NCBI GenBank assembly: GCA_038247465.1
Contig: JBBRUV010000001.1
Span: 1-46,325 of the forward strand
Reading direction: 5' to 3'
Length of the DNA stretch: 46,325 bases
DNA from: Cytophagales bacterium
Lineage (GTDB): Bacteria > Bacteroidota > Bacteroidia > Cytophagales > Spirosomataceae
Shown: positions 18,565 through 26,297 of the stretch, in pieces
How positions within the stretch are numbered: the first letter of the stretch is position 1
How the letters are laid out: every line of letters begins with the position of its first letter
Made by a program: the position numbers and the translations under genes
Notes under the pieces: model-generated
Seen by the model: the letters and a program-made list of their open reading frames with translations, nothing else
Databases searched by the model: none
Told to the model about the DNA's origin: nothing

Positions 18565-19617
18565 TTACTGACCGGATAATCCGCGCAGCCGGTCGGTGAG
18601 GGCAATGAGTTTGTCAGGCACGGGAGCAGTCTCAATCTGGCGGCTCACCTCATGCAGCGTTTCACTAACGGCCTTTTGCCAGCCCCGCAACACGGGCGGT
18701 TCGGGGCGTAGGCCATATACGGGTTTGTGGTCTATTTTCATGGAGCATCGTTCACGGTAATCAGTTATCAGTTGTTGCACATCGGCGCGGGCAGCAAAAG
18801 TAAAACGGGTTTGGTACGGAAACAAACCGTCGTCGGCATTGGTCAGGCCGCAAAAATTAACCGATACCAACGGACTGATTCCATCGGCGAGCCATTGGTT
18901 TGAATCGCCCTGCCAAACCAGACCCTGTTCGTGCAGATTCCAGAGACCCGCGTTCCAGCCCGGCGTGTTCACAATGGCAACGGCATCGAGAAATACCGGG
19001 GCATACATGAGCCAGATTTGATCCAGGTAAAGGCCGTCGCAAAACCGAATAAATGCCCGGTCGGCTACGCGGCCTTCCCACCAGGTCAGAAACTGCGCCG
19101 TTGCGTGGCTTCGCCGAAAAACGAGTAATCCCGCGGTGTATAATCCCACGTTTTGCAGGTGTTTTTCGTCGGGTTGTAAACCATCGGCGGGCGGGCGGCT
19201 CAGGTGCGGAGTGAGCAGCAGGTTTGCACCGGGGTGCCGGGTTAGCTCGTCGGTTATGGGCTGATAAAAAAACGTGGCCGGGTCAACGTAAACGATTGTG
19301 TCGCAGTTGGTAAACCGCTCATATACAGCCCGAACAAACGTTGGTTTGGCAGCGGCTGTGAATTCGGTGGTGGTGTATTGCGCCGACCGCCGGGCCAGGT
19401 CGTCTTCGTCCCAATACCGCTCGATAGGCCAGAGGTGGGTCAGAAATTCTGGTATTTGTGACGGGACTGTATCGGCCAGACCAATTATCAGTGTAGTGTC
19501 GGGGTGCCACCGCTTAATGCTGTCTAAGAGAGCAAGGGCGGCAGGCAATTGGTGGCCAGTACAAACAGTGACAAATACAAGCATACACGATTCTGGTGTG
19601 TTTACCACTGGCACCAT
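18565..19617 (-). CDS. Hypothetical protein, possibly a GT-A-like nucleotide-sugar transferase
   Basis: This 350-aa ORF is first in the polysaccharide cluster. The N-terminal beta-strand MLVFVTVCTG (alternative start at 19584) and the IVYVDPATFF segment loosely resemble GT-A DxD regions. The assignment is weak. Confidence 0.4.
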   Translation of the reverse strand: MVPVVNTPESCMLVFVTVCTGHQLPAALALLDSIKRWHPDTTLIIGLADTVPSQIPEFLTHLWPIERYWDEDDLARRSAQYTTTEFTAAAKPTFVRAVYERFTNCDTIVYVDPATFFYQPITDELTRHPGANLLLTPHLSRPPADGLQPDEKHLQNVGLYTAGLLVFRRSHATAQFLTWWEGRVADRAFIRFCDGLYLDQIWLMYAPVFLDAVAIVNTPGWNAGLWNLHEQGLVWQGDSNQWLADGISPLVSVNFCGLTNADDGLFPYQTRFTFAARADVQQLITDYRERCSMKIDHKPVYGLRPEPPVLRGWQKAVSETLHEVSRQIETAPVPDKLIALTDRLRGLSGQ

Positions 19618-19672
19618 GCCGGGTAAGCAGCCCTTTTAATTTACGCTGCAAGTACGGATAGTATCGGCGTTT

Positions 19673-19725
19673 TACCAGCGAATCCGGGGTTGATTTTTGT
19701 AGAATCAGCCCCGGATTCGCTGGTA
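19673..19725. repeat. Perfect 17-bp-stem hairpin (TACCAGCGAATCCGGGG / CCCCGGATTCGCTGGTA) between the response-regulator gene and the polysaccharide cluster
   Basis: The arms at 19673-19689 and 19709-19725 were checked base by base. The loop is 19 nt and T-rich. Confidence 0.85.
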
Positions 19726-19757
19726 ACGGGGGGAGTATTTAACCGGATTGCGTCTCA

Positions 19758-20438
19758 TTATTTTCCTGCTTTCAGAGCCACGCTAATGAGTTCGGCGGTG
19801 GTTTTTACCCCGGCCTTGCGGATAATACTCGCCCGTTGGTTGGCAACGGTGTTGGGGCTGATGGCAAAGCGTTTGGCAATGGCCGGGCCACTCATGCCTT
19901 CAGTGAGACAGGTCAGGATCTGGGCTTCGCGGGGTGTAATCCGTTGCCAGACTGAGCCGGGTTTGGGGGCGGCTGTATCGGCAGACGTTGGCGCGTTGCG
20001 ATGCCCAATCAGGTGCCTGATAATGACCGACGACGCGCTCGGCGGGTAATACAACTCGCCCGTTGCTACCGTCCGAACGGCTCGCAGCAGTTCTTCTTCG
20101 GCGATGTCTTTGAGTAAATAACCCGATGCGCCACTCTGCACCGATTGCAAAATATACTCCGGGTTATGGTGCATACTGAACACCAGCACCCGAACGCCGG
20201 GATGTTGCTGCACCACTAATTTTGTGACCTCAATCCCCGACAGATGCGGCATCGAAATGTCGAGCAGCAACACATCGGGGCGGGTAGCTTCGATCTGGGC
20301 AAGAGCCTGCTGTCCGTCGGCGGCTTCGCCCACAATATCAATGTCGGCTTCGTCTTCGAGCAGCGTTCTGATTCCTTTTCTAACTACGGAATGATCGTCG
20401 GCAATGAGGAGTCTGATGGGCATTTGCTTTGCGGTCAT
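19758..20438 (-). CDS. NarL/FixJ-family (LuxR-type HTH) response regulator
   Basis: The receiver domain reads IRLLIADDHSVVRKG...DVLLLDISMP. The C-terminal HTH reads LTPREAQILTCLTEGMSGPAIAKRFAISPNTVANQRASIIRKAG. Confidence 0.92.
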   Translation of the reverse strand: MTAKQMPIRLLIADDHSVVRKGIRTLLEDEADIDIVGEAADGQQALAQIEATRPDVLLLDISMPHLSGIEVTKLVVQQHPGVRVLVFSMHHNPEYILQSVQSGASGYLLKDIAEEELLRAVRTVATGELYYPPSASSVIIRHLIGHRNAPTSADTAAPKPGSVWQRITPREAQILTCLTEGMSGPAIAKRFAISPNTVANQRASIIRKAGVKTTAELISVALKAGK

Positions 20439-20448
20439 TGGAGATTGG

Positions 20449-21984
20449 TTAGTAATCGTTGGTCAAATGACACGCAGTAAATGACTGATGACCAACGACT
20501 AATTTAACCGATAGTGTGGTTCCTTTTTTGAGTTTCGAGTTGATCGTAAGCGTAGCTCCGAGGAGGTGCGCCCGGGTCCGCATGTTGTCGAGACCGCTCG
20601 CGGTGGTTAGCTGGCCGGGTTCGATGCTGGGGCGTTTTATTACAAATCCAATGCCGTTATCCTTGATAGTCAGACTGATACGGTGCTGGGTACGCTGTGG
20701 TTTTTCGTGTTGTATTGTCACCAGAATAGCTGATGCCTGTGCGTGTTTCACGGCGTTGTGCACAGCTTCCTGGGCAATGCGGTACAGTCCAATCTCGGCT
20801 ACCGGGGTGAGTCGAATTGCTGTTTGTTTAGCTCCTTCCTGCCCGGTAATGTCATTAGTTTCCGTAAACGTCACGCTTATCCCCGACGATTGCGCGGTTT
20901 GATCGGCCAGCAGATTCAGGGCCGCGCTCAGGCCAAAATCGCCCAGAACAGACGGCATCAGGTTGTGCGAAATGTGCCTCGTGGTCTGAATAATATCCTG
21001 TACCATGCCGGTTAGGTCTTCGAGCCGTTGCCGTAGTCTGGGGTCGTCGGTGGTGGTTAGTTTCAGCTTCCCGGCGTGAAGTTTCAGGCCGGTGAGCATC
21101 TGCCCGATGCCGTCGTGGAGTTCGCGGGCAAACCGTCGGCGTTCGTCTTCCTGCCCTTCTAACAATGCCGCCGACCGCACGGTGTCTTCGGCCCGTTGCA
21201 GCCGGTATTTTTCGTCGGTAGCTTTCATCAGCTCGTCCTGCGCCATGCGCAGCCGCCAGTTGGCCGATGCTAACTCGTGGTTGCTGGCGGCCAACTGACG
21301 GTTCGTGTTTTGCAGCGCGTCTTCCGAATCGGTGAGCCGCCGGATAATACTGCGGGTATGCCGCACAACGGGCCTGAAAATAAACAGTCCTTCGAGCAGC
21401 ACCGTCAGCAGCGTGGCAATGCCCAGCACCCACTCCACCCGTTCTAAATCGCGGACGCGCCCGTTGCTCTCGGCATCGAACCGAAACACAATGTCGTCCA
21501 TTTGCCGTAGATACGCCGGTTCGTCGCGCAGCACCACGCCGAGGGCCTGCCGCCGTTGGGCTTCGGTGGTGGCGGGGTTGGCAATCACTATAAAACCGCT
21601 GCGGACAGCCCTAAAAACGGGGTCAATTCGCCGGAACATCGTATCCAACGCCCCGCTTTTCCGCACGGTATAGGGCTGCTCCATTAGCAATTGCCCCGTG
21701 CGAAGTTGCTGATGAACGTCGCCCCAGGTGGTCAGCAGCGAATCGAACGACACCCGGTCGGTACCCGGAATGCGGGCAGTTTGCAACACGGACAGTTTGG
21801 TCAGTCGCTGACTCAGCATCCGTTGTCGCCCGGCCACGTTCAGCACGCGCCCGTCGCTATTGTGGTCGTTAATAGTTTTTTTTACGAACACCAGCCCGCT
21901 AACGGTCAGCACCGCAATCACCGTAAGGGCAATCACATAAAACCGGGTCAGTCGGTCAGATACCTGTTGGTCAAGGTGTTGCAT
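20449..21984 (-). CDS. NarX/NarQ-like sensor histidine kinase (PilJ/NarX-type P-box sensor, HisKA_3, HATPase)
   Basis: The start is placed at the ATG at 21984 (MQHLDQQV...), because the longer ORF runs into a hairpin element. The ORF has two TM segments flanking a periplasmic domain with LNVAGRQRMLSQRLTK (P-box-like). The H-box is ERRRFARELHDGIGQ and a C-terminal ATPase domain follows (DNGIGF...GLDNMRTRA). Confidence 0.88.
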   Translation of the reverse strand: MQHLDQQVSDRLTRFYVIALTVIAVLTVSGLVFVKKTINDHNSDGRVLNVAGRQRMLSQRLTKLSVLQTARIPGTDRVSFDSLLTTWGDVHQQLRTGQLLMEQPYTVRKSGALDTMFRRIDPVFRAVRSGFIVIANPATTEAQRRQALGVVLRDEPAYLRQMDDIVFRFDAESNGRVRDLERVEWVLGIATLLTVLLEGLFIFRPVVRHTRSIIRRLTDSEDALQNTNRQLAASNHELASANWRLRMAQDELMKATDEKYRLQRAEDTVRSAALLEGQEDERRRFARELHDGIGQMLTGLKLHAGKLKLTTTDDPRLRQRLEDLTGMVQDIIQTTRHISHNLMPSVLGDFGLSAALNLLADQTAQSSGISVTFTETNDITGQEGAKQTAIRLTPVAEIGLYRIAQEAVHNAVKHAQASAILVTIQHEKPQRTQHRISLTIKDNGIGFVIKRPSIEPGQLTTASGLDNMRTRAHLLGATLTINSKLKKGTTLSVKLVVGHQSFTACHLTNDY

Positions 21985-21998
21985 AAATTTAGTTTGTG

Positions 21999-22043
21999 GT
22001 TTGAGATTCGTTTTTGTCAGCATGACAAAAACGAATCTCAAAC
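21999..22043. repeat. Perfect 21-bp-stem, 3-nt-loop hairpin between nirD and the sensor-kinase gene
   Basis: GTTTGAGATTCGTTTTTGTCA-gca-TGACAAAAACGAATCTCAAAC. It contains the nirD stop (TGA at 22038-22040) and is preceded by heptamers AGTTTGTG GTTTGAG. Confidence 0.9.
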
Positions 22044-22373
22044 TGCTACATACACCAACCCGCCCTCAACCTGCACCGGATACGTTTTTATCTGGTAGCT
22101 ATCGTCGTTGAGACAGGCTCCGGTTTTGAGCGAAAACGTTTTTTTGTGGAACGGACAGGCCACTTTCGGTTCGTCGCCCGCGCTGCCAATCATACCCCGC
22201 GAGAGGGCCATTTCGAGCCGGTGCGGGCATTGATTATCAGTGGCATACCATTCGCCCCGCCGGGCAAAATTAAAAATGGCGATTTGCTGCCCATCCAGCA
22301 ACACGCAGGCCCCGCCGTCGGCAGGGATATCGTTGGTGCGGCAGGCAAGCTGCCAGGCTGTTGTTTGTGTCAT
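22038..22373 (-). CDS. nirD: Nitrite reductase small subunit NirD (Rieske-like)
   Basis: The start is placed at the ATG at 22373 (MTQTTAWQLACRTNDIP...). The motifs are NQCPHRLEMALSRG and CPFHKKTFSLKTG. Confidence 0.9.
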   Translation of the reverse strand: MTQTTAWQLACRTNDIPADGGACVLLDGQQIAIFNFARRGEWYATDNQCPHRLEMALSRGMIGSAGDEPKVACPFHKKTFSLKTGACLNDDSYQIKTYPVQVEGGLVYVAV

Positions 22374-22391
22374 GATAAGGTTGTGTTTTGT

Positions 22392-22419
22392 GTAGAAACG
22401 CAAAATATTGCGTCTCTAC
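22392..22419. repeat. 12-bp-stem hairpin (GTAGAAACGCAA-aata-TTGCGTCTCTAC) spanning the nirB stop codon
   Basis: There is one mismatch, which becomes a G-U pair in the minus-strand (mRNA-sense) transcript. The nirB TAG lies at 22416-22418. Confidence 0.75.
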
Positions 22420-24962
22420 GAAACCCATTCTTTCGCCCGTTTCTGATCCCGCAACTCTGTAAATTCAACCGTTGGGTCTTTTTGGTTGGGGGCGTTCACG
22501 AAATGTGTGAAGCGTTTGCGAATCTCCGGGTTTTCAACGGCGGCTTTCCATTCACATTCGTAGTTGTTAATGAGCGACTGCATGTCTTGCTCTAAGTCAG
22601 CGCAGATGCCCAGCGAATCGTCAAGAATCACGGCTTTGAGGTAGCTCATGCCGCTCTCCATCTTGTTGAGCCACGTGGCGGTGCGGTTCAGGGGTTCGGC
22701 GGTTTTGATGTAAAACATCAGAAAACGGTCAATCAACCGCAGGCAGGTCGCGCTATCTATGTCAGTAGCAAGGAGTTGGGCGTGTTGGGGTTTGGTGCCG
22801 CCGTTGCCGCAGACGTACAAATTCCAGCCTTTTTCGGTAGCGATGATGCCGAAATCTTTGCTTTGGGCTTCGGCGCACTCCCGCGTGCAGCCCGACACCG
22901 CTGATTTGAACTTGTGCGGAGCACGCAGACCCTTGTAGCGATTCTCGACTTCGATGGCAAACGACACCGCATCCTGCACCCCAAACCGGCACCAGGTGGT
23001 GCCAACGCAGCTTTTCACCGTGCGAAGGGCTTTGCCATACGCATGACCACTCTCAAAACCAGCCGCGATAAGGGTTTCCCAGATGGCGGGCAGATCACCG
23101 AGGTGCGCCCCGAACAGGTCAATGCGTTGCCCGCCCGTAATTTTGGTGTACAAACCGTATTCTTTGGCAACCTGCCCAATCACGATCAGTTTGTCAGGCG
23201 TGATTTCACCACCCGGAATGCGCGGCACCACCGAATACGTGCCGCCTTTCTGGATGTTTGCCAAAAAACGGTCGTTTGAATCCTGACTGGTGGCGCGGCC
23301 TTTTTCCAGTACGTTCTCGTTCCATAAACTGGCTAATAAACTGACTACAACGGGTTTGCACACCTCACAGCCGTCGCCCGCACCGAACTCATTCAGTACA
23401 TCGTCGTAGGTTTTGAGGGCGTTGATTTTCACCAGCGAGAGCAATTCCTGCCGCGAATACCCGAAATGTTCGCAAACCACGTTGCGGACGTAAATGCCCT
23501 GCTGTTTCATCACGCCAAGCATCAGGTCTTTAACCATCGGCGTACAGCCCCCGCAGCCCGTGCCGGCTTTGGTGGCTTTTTTTAGGGCTTCGATACTTGT
23601 ATGGCCGTTTTCAGTAACTTCATGGCAGAGTGCGGCTTTCGTCACCGCTTCGCACGAGCAGATCAGCGCGTCGTCGGGCAGGCTCATTACGCCGACCCCA
23701 GCGGATGTTGCCCCGCCACTTTCTTCGCCCAGACCGCCAGACCGTCCCAGCATGAGGTCTTCGGGGTTAGGCGGGAGAACGATTTTGTTCTTGCACGTTT
23801 GCAGGAGCATATTGTACTCGTCGGCATCGCCCACCAAGATTCCGCCAATCAGCGTTTTGCCATCTGCTGAGATGTTGATGCGTTTATAGACACCCGTCGC
23901 CCGGTTTTCGTAGCAGACGGTGCGGCAATCGGGTTCGGTGGCAAACGGATTGCCGAAACTGGCAACGTCCACGCCAATGAGTTTGAGTTTGGTCGAGAGG
24001 TCAACGGGCAGGAATTCCTTGATGTCTCCGGCCAACTGAGCCGCCACCACGCCCGCCATGTCGTAGCCGGGAGCCACCAAACCGTAAATCATGCTGTGCA
24101 CGAGCGCACATTCGCCGATGGCAAAAATAGCCGGGTCGCTGGTTTTCAGGGAATTGTCAACCACAATGCCCCCGCGTGGGTGGGTGGCAAGACCAGCTTG
24201 TCTGGCAAGTTCGTCGCGGGGCCGGATACCCGCCGAAATCACGAGCATATCCACATCTAAGCGTGAATCGTCGGCAAATTCAAGACCCGTAATGGTCTCA
24301 TTACCAAGAATTTGGCGAGTATCTTTGGCAAGGTGAATCTGCAAGCCGAGCGTTTCGAGTCGGCGTTGCAACACGCCCGACCCCGCGTCGTCTATCTGCC
24401 GGGGCATGAGCCGGGGCGCAAATTCAACTACGTGGGCTTCGGCTAACCCCAGGTCTAAGAGTGCTTTGGCGGCTTCGAGACTGAGCAACCCCCCGCCCAA
24501 CACGGCTCCGCGCCGGGCTTTGCGGGCGTGGGCCTGAATCAGATCGAGGTCTTCGAGAGTCCGATACACAAACACGCCTTCTTTCTCAACGCCCGGCACC
24601 GATGGCACAAACGCGCCGGAGCCGGTTGCCATAATTAGGTAGTCGTAATCAACGGTCAGCCCGTGATGCGACCGCACGGTTTTGGCCGCCCGGTCAATGC
24701 CGATAACCGGATCGGAGAGGTGCAGCGTGATGTCGTTTTCGGCATACCAGGAGACCGGAGCGAGGAGTAAATCGTCGGCGGTGTGGCCCGAAAAGTAGCT
24801 GCTGAGGTGAACGCGGTCGTAGGCCGGGGCGGGTTCTTCGCCAAAAACCGTGATGGAAAAACAGCGGTGGTCATTTTTTTTTGCGAGCAGTTTTTCGCAG
24901 AATTTATAGCCTACCATACCATTGCCTACTACAACGATGCGCGTGTTTGTGTGTGTATTCAT
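22416..24962 (-). CDS. nirB: NAD(P)H-dependent assimilatory nitrite reductase large subunit
   Basis: The 848-aa ORF has the FAD/NAD folds VVVGNGMVGYKF and AVLGGGLLSLEAA and a BFD-like 2Fe-2S region (CSCEAVTKAAL...GTGCGGC). The siroheme/4Fe-4S region is SCVGTTWCRFG...SGCTRECAEA. Confidence 0.95.
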   Translation of the reverse strand: MNTHTNTRIVVVGNGMVGYKFCEKLLAKKNDHRCFSITVFGEEPAPAYDRVHLSSYFSGHTADDLLLAPVSWYAENDITLHLSDPVIGIDRAAKTVRSHHGLTVDYDYLIMATGSGAFVPSVPGVEKEGVFVYRTLEDLDLIQAHARKARRGAVLGGGLLSLEAAKALLDLGLAEAHVVEFAPRLMPRQIDDAGSGVLQRRLETLGLQIHLAKDTRQILGNETITGLEFADDSRLDVDMLVISAGIRPRDELARQAGLATHPRGGIVVDNSLKTSDPAIFAIGECALVHSMIYGLVAPGYDMAGVVAAQLAGDIKEFLPVDLSTKLKLIGVDVASFGNPFATEPDCRTVCYENRATGVYKRINISADGKTLIGGILVGDADEYNMLLQTCKNKIVLPPNPEDLMLGRSGGLGEESGGATSAGVGVMSLPDDALICSCEAVTKAALCHEVTENGHTSIEALKKATKAGTGCGGCTPMVKDLMLGVMKQQGIYVRNVVCEHFGYSRQELLSLVKINALKTYDDVLNEFGAGDGCEVCKPVVVSLLASLWNENVLEKGRATSQDSNDRFLANIQKGGTYSVVPRIPGGEITPDKLIVIGQVAKEYGLYTKITGGQRIDLFGAHLGDLPAIWETLIAAGFESGHAYGKALRTVKSCVGTTWCRFGVQDAVSFAIEVENRYKGLRAPHKFKSAVSGCTRECAEAQSKDFGIIATEKGWNLYVCGNGGTKPQHAQLLATDIDSATCLRLIDRFLMFYIKTAEPLNRTATWLNKMESGMSYLKAVILDDSLGICADLEQDMQSLINNYECEWKAAVENPEIRKRFTHFVNAPNQKDPTVEFTELRDQKRAKEWVS

Positions 24963-25054
24963 AGTCAGATATAACTATTTTAGTTGAATAACCCTGTTTT
25001 ATTATTGTACTTTTTTTAGATAAATCCCCCGATTTTTCTAAAACTTTACAAGTT

Positions 25055-25062
25055 CAAAATTA
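25055..25062 (-). promoter_or_regulatory. Candidate TAnnTTTG box (TAATTTTG on the minus strand) about 95 nt upstream of nirB
   Basis: This is a motif match inside the 277-bp AT-rich divergent intergenic region. It is weak evidence on its own. Confidence 0.25.
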
Positions 25063-25158
25063 GACTGCTTTTTGCTGAAAACCTACTATAATCTTCTGAA
25101 TAGGATCAAATTTCAATATATTTTTTGGCAAAACTCTTGTTTTTCAAAATATAGCCTA

Positions 25159-25166
25159 TACTTTTG
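25159..25166 (+). promoter_or_regulatory. Candidate TAnnTTTG box (TACTTTTG) about 75 nt upstream of cobA
   Basis: This is a motif match inside the AT-rich divergent intergenic region. It is weak evidence on its own. Confidence 0.25.
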
Positions 25167-25239
25167 AGCCACCAGAATCGGATAGTAGTTCGCTACAAAC
25201 TGGCAAATGGTAGGATTTTTCTAATAGTATAAAACAACT

Positions 25240-25998
25240 ATGGAAGCACACGTCACGTTGGTAGGAGCCGGGCCGGGAGACGGTGAACTGATCACCCTGA
25301 AAGGTATCCGGGCCTTGCAAGGGGCCGACGTTGTGCTGTACGATGAGCTGGCAAACGCGGCCCTGCTCGACTTTGTACCCGCCCACGCCAAAACGCAGTA
25401 TGTGGGCAAGCGTGCCGGACAACCTTCGACTTCTCAGGACGACATCAACCGCGCCCTTGTTCGGCTCGCCCGGCAGCACGGCCACGTTGTTCGGCTCAAA
25501 GGCGGAGATGGCTACGTGTTTGGGCGGGGCTTTGAAGAATACAGCTATGTGTTGGAACAGGGTTTGCCCTGCGCCGTTGTGCCGGGTATTTCGAGCAGTA
25601 TTGCCGTGCCAGCCTCGCAGGGAATCCCCGTTACGTGCCGGGGCGTGAGCGAAAGTTTTTGGGTCATCACCGGTACCACCCGGCACGGCGAACTGTCTGA
25701 CGATTTGCGGTTGGCCGCGCAGTCAGCGGCAACGGTGGTGGTGTTGATGGGGCTGAAAAAATTGGATGAATTATGTGCGCTATGGGCCAGTTTTGGCCGC
25801 GACTACCTGCCGATGGCCGTGATTCAGAACGGAACCCGCCCCGACGAACGGTGCGTGGTGGGGCAGGTTTGGCAAATGCCGGGTTTGGTGGCCGAGCAGG
25901 GTTTGGCCGCGCCCGCCGTGCTGGTTATTGGTGAGGTGGTGGGGTTGCACCCGGCGTATGTAAAAGAGTTCGTAGTGCGTAGTTTATGTAATTCGTAG
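25240..25998 (+). CDS. cobA: Uroporphyrinogen-III C-methyltransferase (SUMT; siroheme branch)
   Basis: The ORF carries VTLVGAGPGDGELITLKG, VVRLKGGDGYVFGRG and VVPGISS. It is the stand-alone 252-aa form without CysG N-terminal domains. Confidence 0.92.
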   Translation: MEAHVTLVGAGPGDGELITLKGIRALQGADVVLYDELANAALLDFVPAHAKTQYVGKRAGQPSTSQDDINRALVRLARQHGHVVRLKGGDGYVFGRGFEEYSYVLEQGLPCAVVPGISSSIAVPASQGIPVTCRGVSESFWVITGTTRHGELSDDLRLAAQSAATVVVLMGLKKLDELCALWASFGRDYLPMAVIQNGTRPDERCVVGQVWQMPGLVAEQGLAAPAVLVIGEVVGLHPAYVKEFVVRSLCNS

Positions 25999-26040
25999 TT
26001 CGTTCCGCGTGAGCCAATCACGAATCATACACCACGAACT
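25968..26040. repeat. Degenerate heptamer-array element overlapping the last ~10 codons and the stop of cobA
   Basis: GTTCGTA GTGCGTA GTTTATG TAATTCGTA GTTCGTT - ccgcgtgagccaat - CACGAAT CATACAC CACGAAC. The cobA TAG is at 25996-25998. Confidence 0.6.
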
Positions 26041-26043
26041 GAT

Positions 26044-26084
26044 AAAAAAAGCCGACCCGGTGCGGGGGCACCATTTGGGTCGGC
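26044..26084 (-). terminator. Hairpin with a T7 tract on the minus strand only (orphan intrinsic-terminator-like structure)
   Basis: The plus strand reads AAAAAAA-GCCGACCC-ggtgcgggggcaccattt-GGGTCGGC. On the minus strand the stem is followed by TTTTTTT. No minus-strand gene lies upstream of it. Confidence 0.45.
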
Positions 26085-26297
26085 AGTGAACAAGGTTGTT
26101 CATGTTCTAACACAAAAACAAAACAAAGAAAATGGAAAAAACACTATAACGCAAGCCTGTGCCGAAAAGCAAACAGGCATCTCTACGCTAAATCAAACTA
26201 CAGTTCGCCAACGGCCCGCAATGGGCGGTTTGGGGCCGCTTGTGCCTCTGCAATCTCGATTTTACGAAAACCATGACTTCTACAAACCTGAATTCGT

